A stretch of 64,000 nucleotides of DNA from Promethearchaeota archaeon (lineage in GTDB: Archaea; Asgardarchaeota; Lokiarchaeia; Sigyniarchaeales; SOKP01), in NCBI GenBank assembly GCA_030599585.1, contig JAUVNS010000002.1, positions 256,001 to 320,000 of the forward strand, given 5' to 3'. The stretch's first letter is position 1, and the number at the start of each line of letters is the position of its first letter. Shown one piece after another: positions 37,900 through 47,620 of this stretch. The position numbers and the translations under genes were made by a program. The notes below the pieces were generated by a model that saw only the letters and a list, made by a program, of their open reading frames with translations, searched no databases and had not been told where the DNA came from.

Positions 37900-38991
37900 T
37901 CATAAATATTTCTCAGCAATAGACGCAAAAGCGTCTAGAAATTTAGTATTTTCTTCTTCTGTTCCAACAGTGATTCTAATATAATTGTAAAGACCAGGTT
38001 TACTGAAATGCCTTACTAAAATTTTGAGATCTTTCAAATCCCATAAAAATTTTAGTGTTTTTGATTTGTCCTCAAATTTGACAAAGATAAAATTAGCATC
38101 TGATGGTAATACGCTAATTCCGGAATAATCATTCAATTTTTCTGATAGTCTGTTTCTTTCTGCTAATATTTTTTTATTCTGTTCGTAAACTTTATTCTTG
38201 TGTTTAATACAAGAAAGTGCAGCTATTTGCGCAATCTGATTAATGTTGTATGGTAATTTAACCCTATTCATCTCTTTAATTATCTCAGAATCAGCTAATG
38301 CGTAACCAATTCTCAACGAAGCAAGAGAAAATGTTTTTGAGAAACTTCGGCAAACGATTAAGTTTTTGACATCTTTCAATAATGGCAGGCAAGTATAATC
38401 GGAAAAATCGGCGTAGGATTCATCTACTACAACAATTCCAGGAAAATTGTAACATATTTTCAAAATCATATCATTATCGTACGATTTTCCATTAGGATCG
38501 TTTGGAGAATTAATAAACAGTAGTTTCCCTTTTTGGTCATAAACGCTTTCAGGTATACTGAAATCTTCGTTTAATTTTATTTCATTTATTTTAGCGTTAT
38601 AAAGATTAGCTAAAACATTATATAAGTTGTAAGTAGGGTAAAATATAGCAACTTCATCTCCAGGATCCACAAACACTTTGAAAATTACATCTAAAACATC
38701 TGCTGAACCATTTCCTAGGAAAACGGTGTTTCTATTAGTTAAAGTGTTTTTATCTCTTAACAGTTGATTAAGAATCGCCTTACGAACCTCAAGAGCACTT
38801 GGATCGGGATATTTTCTTAAGAGGTTTTTGTTTTTTAGTGCTGCATTTATATCCAATAGTATTTCTTCTATTGGTGGGTATGCATTTTCATTAATATTAA
38901 ATTTTACCCAATTTTCTCCAACGGGTTGTTCACCCGATTCAAAAGCTTTGTACTTGCTTAGGTTTTCTCTAAATAATTTTTCTAATTCCAT
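37900..38991 (-). CDS. hisC: histidinol-phosphate aminotransferase
   Basis: NEN, YPD, GNGSAD, SPNDPNG, VDESY, RSFSKTFSLASLRIGY, ANF, RITVG. Confidence 0.9.
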   Translation of the reverse strand: MELEKLFRENLSKYKAFESGEQPVGENWVKFNINENAYPPIEEILLDINAALKNKNLLRKYPDPSALEVRKAILNQLLRDKNTLTNRNTVFLGNGSADVLDVIFKVFVDPGDEVAIFYPTYNLYNVLANLYNAKINEIKLNEDFSIPESVYDQKGKLLFINSPNDPNGKSYDNDMILKICYNFPGIVVVDESYADFSDYTCLPLLKDVKNLIVCRSFSKTFSLASLRIGYALADSEIIKEMNRVKLPYNINQIAQIAALSCIKHKNKVYEQNKKILAERNRLSEKLNDYSGISVLPSDANFIFVKFEDKSKTLKFLWDLKDLKILVRHFSKPGLYNYIRITVGTEEENTKFLDAFASIAEKYL

Positions 38992-39173
38992 GATAAATAG
39001 ATTAAATACCAGTCAAATCTTAATTCTTTAATATTTTAAGTAACTTAATGCTTACATTTATTTTTTGTCTTTATCCTAAGTTTTTTCAAGCTTAAAAAAA
39101 GATAAAAAACTCAATTTTTAAATGTATGAAATTTATTAATTTTATAATATTATTTAAAGAAGTTTGATTTAAG

Positions 39174-40052
39174 ATGGATTTCGCTATAATGTTCAAAGTC
39201 TTGGAAGGGGGCGTAAGTGAACCAATTAAGTGGTCAAAAGACCATTTAAATCCTGAAAGTAACATTATCATTTTGGATGAAGGCTCTTCTTCAGTTTTTT
39301 TGTGGTATGGAGCCAAACAAGGTTTAGTTTCTAGACGAACTGCCCTTCGACAAGCAGAATCGCTTAAAGGGCACGGGTTTTCTGTAGGAAAAAGTATTGT
39401 GGGGAGAGATATAAAGGAGTTAATAGAAATCGATCAAAGAAAGATCGGTAGAGTTCCAGAAGTTGATGATCTACATGATAATTTACAAACTCTCCTTAGT
39501 AGAGGATTCAAATACTTAGATGATTATACTGTTACTTTTGACGTTGATGGAGATTTTCCCTCAGCAATTAAACCTACATCTAAGCCAGTCTCAACTAAAG
39601 CACCAAAACCTACGCCAGTAGCTATGTCAGTAGATAAACCAGAACCCGTAGTTATTAAAACGCAACCAGCAAAAGAAAAAATGAAACACGCTTCGGAATA
39701 TGACACCGAACCTGATCTTCCTAAGAAGACTATCCCTATTAGTAGTCAAAAAATTGCAGATACTCCAATGTCTACCATAGAGCAAGTTACTGCACCGGAA
39801 CCTAAATTAGACCTTTCAATACAAGCCAAAATAGGATTTGTTTTGATTGGCGTTTTAGATCACTACAATGATATTTGGATTTCAAAAAAAGAGGATGGCA
39901 GCTATTCTGTCGAACATATGGATGGAAAAGTATGTCAGTTTTCGAATTCTGAAGGAAAGATAAAATTCTCTAGTGACTCATTTACTGGTATATCAACTAA
40001 TATAAAAACTGAAATTCAGAAAAAATTTTTAGAAATGTCAAAATTATTATAG
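39174..40052 (+). CDS. gelsolin-domain protein with Pro-rich linker and C-terminal domain
   Basis: LNPESNIIILDE..VFLWYGAK..RRTALRQA gelsolin core. Confidence 0.7.
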   Translation: MDFAIMFKVLEGGVSEPIKWSKDHLNPESNIIILDEGSSSVFLWYGAKQGLVSRRTALRQAESLKGHGFSVGKSIVGRDIKELIEIDQRKIGRVPEVDDLHDNLQTLLSRGFKYLDDYTVTFDVDGDFPSAIKPTSKPVSTKAPKPTPVAMSVDKPEPVVIKTQPAKEKMKHASEYDTEPDLPKKTIPISSQKIADTPMSTIEQVTAPEPKLDLSIQAKIGFVLIGVLDHYNDIWISKKEDGSYSVEHMDGKVCQFSNSEGKIKFSSDSFTGISTNIKTEIQKKFLEMSKLL

Positions 40053-40169
40053 TTTTTTTTTCCTATTTTTTTTTAATATTGGAGTTTAAATTTTAAGCCT
40101 TTTTCTTACATAATAAGAATTTCGATAGTGACATAACCTTAATTTTATATAAAAGAGTAAAGTTATATT

Positions 40170-41928
40170 ATGAGATTTAAAGCTTTAGCAATCCTTTTTT
40201 CAGAACTCGAATCTACTACAAAAAGGCTTGAAATGACTGATAAACTATCTTTATTTTTTGAAAACATAAAAAGAAGCAATGATTTCAAAGAGCTTGATAA
40301 GATTATTTATCTGTTGCAAGGACAATTAGTTTCAAACATTAAGCAATTTCCAAAAATTGGAATTGCGGAAAAAATGATAATTGAAGCCTTAGCTTTGCAT
40401 TCTGGCATTGAAAAAAAAAAAAATTAAGGAAATTCTAATAAAAAAAGGAGATATTGGAGCTACAGCAGAAGTAATACTCGCAAAAAAGAAAAAACAAAAA
40501 TCTTTGTTTGATTTTAAAGAAGATTTGAGTGAAACAGATTCGTCACTAGAAATATCAGAATTATATAGTGCGCTGCAAAAAATGGCACTTAGTGAAGGGA
40601 CAGGTTCACATGATGTAAAACTTGGGATTTTACGCGGTTTAATGAGAAAAACCTCACCCTTAGAGACAAAATACTTATTGCGGATAATTACATCAACTCT
40701 TAGAGTTGGTGTTTCTACGATGACAATCATAGATGGTTTAGCATTAGGATTTACAGGAGTGAAAAAGAATAGGGATTCTATAGAGAAAGCTTATAACCTG
40801 CATCCTGATTTAGGAGATGTTACATTAATTTTAGCAGAAAAAGGAATATCTGAAGTTGAAAGAATAGACATTGAGTATGGCGTTCCGATAAGAATGATGT
40901 TAGCATCAAGAGTTCCTTATGGCGAAATTATTGAAAAAACTGGAAGCCCTCTTACTGTGGAATATAAACTTGATGGTGAGAGGCTACAGATTCATAAGGA
41001 ACACGATAAAATAAAATTATTCTCTCGGAGATTATTAGATATTTCAAAACAATTCCCAGATGTGTGTCGAGTTATCAAGGATAATATTAGGGCTACTAAT
41101 GTTATTATGGAAGGTGAAGTCGTAGCGATGGATCATTTTTACGAAAAAATGCTTCCATTTCAAGTTTTAAGCAAACGTCGTCGTAAATATGATATTGATG
41201 ATATTATGAAGGAAGTACCTGTATGTTTATTTCTATTTGACATATTAAAATGCGATAACGAATCGTTCCTAAGTGAATCTTTCCTAGTTCGTAGAAAAAA
41301 ATTAGAAGAAATCGTCTCTGAAAGGGATGAATTACGCTTAGTAAAGTCGAAAACGATTAAACTTACAGAAGAATTGCTAGATTTTTTCAATGAAGCTCGA
41401 AAGGAAGGAAATGAAGGCATTATAGCAAAGTCTATTGAAGATAACTCTGTATATCAACCGGGAAATCGAGGATTTTTATGGATTAAATTAAAGGGATTAG
41501 AAGGGGGTAAATTAAAAGATTCTGTAGATGTAGCAATAATAGGCGCTTTCTATGGTAAGGGTCGAAGGACTGGCGTTTATGGAACTTATATTGGAGCGGT
41601 GTATGATCCAGTAAGTGGGAAGTTTATAGCTTTTACAAGGTTTTTTTCCGGATTGACAGATGAATTGTCAGAATCATTGACACAAGATATAGCGAAATAC
41701 ATAGTGAAAAAAAAACCGAATAATGTTATTTGTGAAGATATTCCAGATGTATGGCTCGAACCGGAAGTAGTGGTTGAAATCATTGGGGATGAAATAACGA
41801 TTTCTGAGAAGTTTCTAACTTTAGGATATTCTATGCGATTTCCAGTTTTCCAAAAATTCAGACCTGAAAAGGGTCCAAAAGATATAACTTATGTTAATGA
41901 AATTGACGAACTCTATAAATCTCAGTAA
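40170..41928 (+). CDS. lig: ATP-dependent DNA ligase, split by a +1 frameshift in an A13 run (40411-40423)
   Basis: N-terminal DBD (TTKRLEM..GIAEK) continues as KKGDIG in the next frame; EYKLDGER, EGEVV, FDIL, EGIIAK, WIKLK, RFP; A12 restores the frame. Confidence 0.9.
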
Positions 41929-41945
41929 TTTTGTAATTTATATGA

Positions 41946-43328
41946 TTATAAATAGATTCTGACACCCCTATCTTCCATTTTCTTTAAAAATTGAGGTATT
42001 GTTTCAAAATTATTTTCATTTAAATATAATTCTTCTAAACTTTCGAGAGATTGAAGAGATTCTGGAATTATTTTTAATTTATTTCTCGAAATATTTAAGA
42101 TTTTTAAATTTTTCAACTTTTCTATGGCTTTCGGAATAAATACCAACTTATTATCGCATAAGTTCAATACTTCTAAAGAAGTAAGAGAACCAATTGATGA
42201 TGGTATAGTGGATAACTCATTTCTTTCTAGGTCTAATAATTTTAGTGATTTTAATTCAGTTATTTGTTTTGATAATGTTGTTAATAAATTCCAACTTAAG
42301 TTTAGTTCTTTTAAAGATATTAAGGAGGAGAAAGATATTGGTAGATTAGTCAATTTATTATCGTGAAGATTGAGTTCTTCAAGGTTTTGAAGACTTCCAA
42401 ATTCTTCTGGTAACATGTAGAGCTGATTTAGCCTTAAATTCAATGTTTTCAGCGATTTTAAAGAAGAAATTGAGGATGGGAGTTCTTGAAGTTCATTCTT
42501 CCAAAGGGTTAGTTTTTTTAAATGCTGTAGCGAACCAAGTGTAATTGGAAGCTTATTAATATTGTTAATATTTAAATTTAGGGATTCTAAGGAATGAAAA
42601 TTGCTTATCCACTCAGGTAATTCCGTGATTTGGTTATATCTCAAAGATAAAATTCTTAAGTTGAGAAGGTGACTGATAGCTATAGGTAATTTAGTCAATC
42701 CCTTGAATATAAAATTCAATTCAACAATTCTACAGTCCTCAATGGTATATTTGAGTCTAAAATGTAATTTTTTCAAATACACTAAAGAGTAATAATTGAT
42801 TAAAATTTCAGTCAATTCACTGTGAGAGCAATCTTTTACATCGTTTTGAGATTTCAGATTTTCAATACCAATTTTAAAGTCTCTATCTTTAATTTGATCT
42901 ATTTCTTGAAGTAAAGCTATTTTTCCAAAAGAATCCTCTTTTTTTTCAATGAATTTAAGTATAGAAATTAATGAATTATAAGTGGTACTCAATATAGTTG
43001 AAGATTCTTCATGATTGAGAGTCCACCTCATAAGCTTTAATGCTTTATCTTTAAAATTCTGATGTAGCATTATTGCCGCTTCGTTTCGAATTTTAGCATC
43101 AGAATCAGAGATAAGTAAGTTTTCGATGAAGTTATATATTGTTTCTTTTTCAATCCCGGCATTCCCAAATGTATCGTAGATTTTTTTTAAAGTTTGAAGA
43201 CTTTCAACACGTTGCTTAGTTAGATTGCTGTGTTCTATTAATGAAATTAACTGTTGTATCGCTGTTGAAACATCCATTGTATTCTTTTTTATCTCGTCAA
43301 AAATTTTAACTGGAGTACGTTCTGTAAT
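41946..43328 (-). CDS. HEAT-repeat + LRR protein (23-aa LRRs; proposed ATT start)
   Basis: IENLLISDSDAKIRNEAA; about ten LxxLxLxxNxLxxLP repeats; upstream in-frame extension aligns with paralog 35588..36544. Confidence 0.85.
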   Translation of the reverse strand: MTERTPVKIFDEIKKNTMDVSTAIQQLISLIEHSNLTKQRVESLQTLKKIYDTFGNAGIEKETIYNFIENLLISDSDAKIRNEAAIMLHQNFKDKALKLMRWTLNHEESSTILSTTYNSLISILKFIEKKEDSFGKIALLQEIDQIKDRDFKIGIENLKSQNDVKDCSHSELTEILINYYSLVYLKKLHFRLKYTIEDCRIVELNFIFKGLTKLPIAISHLLNLRILSLRYNQITELPEWISNFHSLESLNLNINNINKLPITLGSLQHLKKLTLWKNELQELPSSISSLKSLKTLNLRLNQLYMLPEEFGSLQNLEELNLHDNKLTNLPISFSSLISLKELNLSWNLLTTLSKQITELKSLKLLDLERNELSTIPSSIGSLTSLEVLNLCDNKLVFIPKAIEKLKNLKILNISRNKLKIIPESLQSLESLEELYLNENNFETIPQFLKKMEDRGVRIYL

Positions 43329-43341
43329 GCTATTACCTCGG

Positions 43342-44844
43342 TTATTTATATATTATTAATCCCTTCTTCTCTAATTTATTTAAGAAAGGAGGAATTTCGT
43401 CTATATTATTAAAATTCAGATTTAAAATTTTTAAATTCGTTAAGTTCTCAAGAGATTTTGGCAGCAACGTTAGAGCATTCCCCCATAAACTTAATACTTC
43501 AAGAGATTTAAGTGAACCAATCCAATAGGGCAACTCAGTAAAATTATTCCAATTTAAATTTAATATTTTCAATTTAGTAAAATTACGAAAAGATTCAGGA
43601 AGAGTAGATAGTTGATTATTCCATAAAGTTAATTCTTCAAGTTTAGAAATTGTACCAATTGATCCTGGAAGTTCATGCAATTTGTTGTCGAATAAATGCA
43701 GTGATTGCAAAAGACTAAAAGATCCTATCCATTTAGGAAGGGTTTTCAATTTGTTTCCCCCTAAACCTAAATATCTAAGACCCTTGAGGCTTTTAAGCCA
43801 CTTAGGTAGCTTTTTGATGCTATTCAAACCCATATCTAATCGTCTGATTTTGTTGCTTCCTTTAAGTGATAATTTAGTGTCGTGTAATTTATTTCCATGT
43901 AAGTCTAACACTTCCAAATTTAGAATGTTTTTAATTGTTTTTGGGAGGTTTTTTAAGGAGTTTGCTCTTAAATTTAAATTTGTAAGCGAATTTAAGGAAC
44001 CAATTGAAGCAGGTAAATCTTTAATTTTATTATATCTCAAATTTAATAATCTTAAAGATTTAAGAGAACTAATTGATGATGGAATTGATTTTATTTTATT
44101 ATAGCTTAAATCTAATTTAATTAATGATGTTAGGGAACCAATGGATTCTGGAATTGTAATTAACCTATTAAATTTAAGGTCGAGGTTTTCGAGCGACGTT
44201 AAAAATTCGATGAATTCAGGGAATTTATTTAGTATCGTCCATCCAAATATATGGCTACTAACATCAGACAAATCTAATTGAAGAATCAACCCATCTTTAA
44301 CTTTAAAATTTATTTGCCCAAACTTGTTTTCCAAATCTTTTATTATGAAAGAATTTTCTACAATCCTCGAAAGCGCATAACTCGAGAGGTTTTCAAGTTC
44401 TCCCTCTATATAGAGATCCTGTAAACTTTCTACTATTTTTTTGTTTCTTATTTCTCCTATTTTTTCTATTATCAGCGATTTAGATTGCACTGTATCAATT
44501 TTACCTAATATTTTTGATATCGCTAACAAACATTTTAGAGACTCTTCGTGCTTAAAAGCCCACCTTAAAGGTTCGAGAGCATCATCTAGAAATATTTTTT
44601 CTATAATGGAAGCTGCAGCTAAGCGTATGGATTCATTCGCATCAGAAATTAATAAATTTTCCACGAGTTTGAAAACACTATTAGTGTTTGCACTCATTTG
44701 AGCTAATGTGTTAATACTTTCTATTCTGATACTCAAATTCTCGCTATTTTCTATAATTGAAATTAGATGATTAATAGCTGAGGTGGATGATTCCATTAAT
44801 CTTCGAAAGATAGTTTTATTTTTTAGATTAATTATTATATTCAA
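43342..44844 (-). CDS. HEAT-repeat + LRR protein (23-aa LRRs)
   Basis: VENLLISDANESIRLAAA; about twelve LRRs; start uncertain. Confidence 0.88.
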   Translation of the reverse strand: MNIIINLKNKTIFRRLMESSTSAINHLISIIENSENLSIRIESINTLAQMSANTNSVFKLVENLLISDANESIRLAAASIIEKIFLDDALEPLRWAFKHEESLKCLLAISKILGKIDTVQSKSLIIEKIGEIRNKKIVESLQDLYIEGELENLSSYALSRIVENSFIIKDLENKFGQINFKVKDGLILQLDLSDVSSHIFGWTILNKFPEFIEFLTSLENLDLKFNRLITIPESIGSLTSLIKLDLSYNKIKSIPSSISSLKSLRLLNLRYNKIKDLPASIGSLNSLTNLNLRANSLKNLPKTIKNILNLEVLDLHGNKLHDTKLSLKGSNKIRRLDMGLNSIKKLPKWLKSLKGLRYLGLGGNKLKTLPKWIGSFSLLQSLHLFDNKLHELPGSIGTISKLEELTLWNNQLSTLPESFRNFTKLKILNLNWNNFTELPYWIGSLKSLEVLSLWGNALTLLPKSLENLTNLKILNLNFNNIDEIPPFLNKLEKKGLIIYK

Positions 44845-44902
44845 TCAAGATTTTACAACTTTATTTTATTTACTCTATTTGTCTAAATGTAAGTAGCGGT
44901 AA

Positions 44903-45397
44903 TTATTCTTTATCTGGTGGATTTCTACCTAACCACTTCTCGTAGAACGCATCGATATCTGGTAAAAAATTGAATATAATCGGATATCCCGGAGGTACAG
45001 CCTCAACATCTAACAGGGTAAAACAATTAGGGCAGAAAAATTCTCGAAGTTCTTCCCACTCTGGATCGCTGCCCATCATTTTAGGATAAAGTTTTTCGAT
45101 AGATTCAAATGTGTCCCTTACTCTGATTTTGCATTTGTGCTTCCAATTTATCTGATAATCGCCGAATTCGAAACCACAATCACATTTAACTATTCTTTCA
45201 CCTTCTTTTGCTACGATGTAAAGGTGTTCGTGAAGAGGGAGGAGTATTTTTTCTTTCCAATTGAGTTTCTCTTGAAGAATTTCCATAATTTTGTCAAATC
45301 TATTTTGATCTTTTCTACCACTAATGATTGGTTTGAGCTCTTCCCATTTTAAATCGCCCTCCATCATTCTTTCCAAGGTTTTTTTATCGACATCCAT
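44903..45397 (-). CDS. acxC: acetone carboxylase gamma subunit
   Basis: KCDCG.EFGDY..NWK, DPEWEELREFFCPNC.LLDVE..PPGYP..F.PDIDAFY..WLG. Confidence 0.85.
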   Translation of the reverse strand: MDVDKKTLERMMEGDLKWEELKPIISGRKDQNRFDKIMEILQEKLNWKEKILLPLHEHLYIVAKEGERIVKCDCGFEFGDYQINWKHKCKIRVRDTFESIEKLYPKMMGSDPEWEELREFFCPNCFTLLDVEAVPPGYPIIFNFLPDIDAFYEKWLGRNPPDKE

Positions 45398-45400
45398 TTT

Positions 45401-47617
45401 TTATTTCACCTCCAATTGAAAATCTTCATCCAAATTCCAAAATTCCCTAAATTCTCTACCCCATTTAGTAGACAATCTTAAGCTCTCTAAGTACATTGTT
45501 GTTACCGCTTCATAAAAATCTCCTTTTAATATCCTGTCTCGCTCTTTTTTCCAAAATTCTTCAAATGATAAAGATTCGCTTTTTCTCTCATCCATAATCC
45601 TTTGTTTTTGTATTTTTGTAGCTTCGTTATCTATCTCCCATTCATTCTTATCATCATCAAAGTTTGCGACCACACCATATACGTTTTTTACGATATCCGA
45701 GGTATATAACCCCTCATCGAGGTCTTTTTTAACACTTTCTAATTTCCGTTCCATTGGATCTCCATAACCTGGCCCCCCGCTCTCAGAAAAATGAATAACA
45801 TCGTAATTTTCGAGCGCAATTGGATAAATTGTGCCTATTGGTATTCTTGTAATATCAGCTTTTAGATATCTTTCAAATTCGCCGTCAGTTGGATCAGGAT
45901 CCCCCAACGGATAATTTTGTTGTTGTCGGAAAATTTCTTCCAAATTCGTATTTTTTGCAATTAATCGATAACTCGTAGCGTTAGGATATCCTCCGTGCAT
46001 TCCGCCGGAACCATGAAAGACTAATCCTTCCCTACCGGCGAAAAATTCTACTTTTTCAGAATTGGCGATGAAGGCAACACCTGCGTAATTTGCCCCACCA
46101 CGGTATTTACCGTGACCCGGAGTATTCGGTTTCACTTTTCGGGATAAATAAGGAATACCTCCTTGAAATAATTCCCATGTCTCAACATCTCCTAAATCTG
46201 ATTCAGGATTCCACATAGCATACCCCCAGTTAAGACCATCTTTAACGGCACTTGCTCCTAACCCTTGACCAGATATTTCGAATGTTGACAACATCCATCT
46301 TTCACCTTTTAATGGTCCAGCTGAATAGATACCACCACCTTGAATGGAGTCTCCTGTAAATCCGTAACCTGGCACGACTTCTTCTCGAAAACCTCGGGAA
46401 AACAACGCGTACGACAAAGACTTCATCACGGTTGTATATGCAGGTATTAAATTACCCCATGGGGCTTGATATGAAAGGTAAGGATCTCCTGGGTTTGCCC
46501 ATGATCCCAACGGGTAGTATTTCTCTACGGCGTAATAAGCTCCATCATTAACTTTATCACCATAGATCAAAATTTGAGTTAACAACACCCATTGCCCACC
46601 TTCCATTGCTCCCTTATCGCAATTAAACGCGTTGGCACCTGCTGCGCTAGCGCCATCAAACGAAATAGATAAACCACCATCTTCCTTTACTATCATTTCC
46701 ATGGGTTGATTTGAGATTTTATCAACTCTTGCGAGTGGTAACCAAGCCTGATCTTTCATAGGAAGGTCCATAAAAGAAGCAGCCCGGTATCTTCCAGGGA
46801 TTAAACGCTCTTTTACTCTTTCAAGAACAATTCTTCTTCCTTCTTCAATTGCTTCCCGCATAAATTTCTTGTAAAATTCAATCCCTTCTCTTTCTATGAA
46901 CTCGTAAACGGCGTCCCTTATCATTAAATTTCCTGCTAATCGACATTTTTCATCTAATTCCCAATACATCGGGCTTCTAACCGATTTCTTCGCGCCAATC
47001 ATGTGGTCGCGCCAAATTTTATCGTTAGAACCAATTTTTCTGCAGGTATAATATACTCCGTCATCAAATCGTTGGGTTGAAGACACTAAGGTATGTCCCG
47101 GAGTAATACCACCTATATCGATTTGGTGTGTGACACCACCCGCCCAACCAATTAATTCTTTTTCCCAAAATATCGGAATGAGAGTTTGAACATCAGTAGT
47201 ATGGACATTCCCACATTGAGGATCGTTATTTAGGAAAATATCTCCTTGATTTATCGACGGATCTTCCTCATATCCTTCTCTAATCATGAATTTAATTCCT
47301 TCGCTCATTGTATGGACATGCACCAAAATACCAGTAGAAACTACTATTGAATCACCTTCGGGAGTATATAATGCGAAGCAAAGTTCACCAATCTCTGTAA
47401 CTATTGGAGATGCTGCGATATGCAGTGCAGTTTCTCTTGCTGAAACTAGTGCTCCTCTTAAGCTTGCGTAAGCCTTCTCGTATTTGAAAGGATCCTCTTC
47501 CTTTAAACTGAGTCTTTCAATTCCATGATACTTCTTGCTGTCCTTTAGCAGCTTCTCACTTTCTTCTAGCATTTCTTTAATTGTTTTTCCATCCCATCCA
47601 ATTGGTTTTATTGACAT
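45401..47617 (-). CDS. acxB: acetone carboxylase alpha subunit (hydantoinase B family)
   Basis: IAASPIV.EIGELCF, STGILVHVHTM, NVHTTD, VTHQIDIG, GGPGYGDP. Confidence 0.85.
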   Translation of the reverse strand: MSIKPIGWDGKTIKEMLEESEKLLKDSKKYHGIERLSLKEEDPFKYEKAYASLRGALVSARETALHIAASPIVTEIGELCFALYTPEGDSIVVSTGILVHVHTMSEGIKFMIREGYEEDPSINQGDIFLNNDPQCGNVHTTDVQTLIPIFWEKELIGWAGGVTHQIDIGGITPGHTLVSSTQRFDDGVYYTCRKIGSNDKIWRDHMIGAKKSVRSPMYWELDEKCRLAGNLMIRDAVYEFIEREGIEFYKKFMREAIEEGRRIVLERVKERLIPGRYRAASFMDLPMKDQAWLPLARVDKISNQPMEMIVKEDGGLSISFDGASAAGANAFNCDKGAMEGGQWVLLTQILIYGDKVNDGAYYAVEKYYPLGSWANPGDPYLSYQAPWGNLIPAYTTVMKSLSYALFSRGFREEVVPGYGFTGDSIQGGGIYSAGPLKGERWMLSTFEISGQGLGASAVKDGLNWGYAMWNPESDLGDVETWELFQGGIPYLSRKVKPNTPGHGKYRGGANYAGVAFIANSEKVEFFAGREGLVFHGSGGMHGGYPNATSYRLIAKNTNLEEIFRQQQNYPLGDPDPTDGEFERYLKADITRIPIGTIYPIALENYDVIHFSESGGPGYGDPMERKLESVKKDLDEGLYTSDIVKNVYGVVANFDDDKNEWEIDNEATKIQKQRIMDERKSESLSFEEFWKKERDRILKGDFYEAVTTMYLESLRLSTKWGREFREFWNLDEDFQLEVK

Positions 47618-47620
47618 TTT

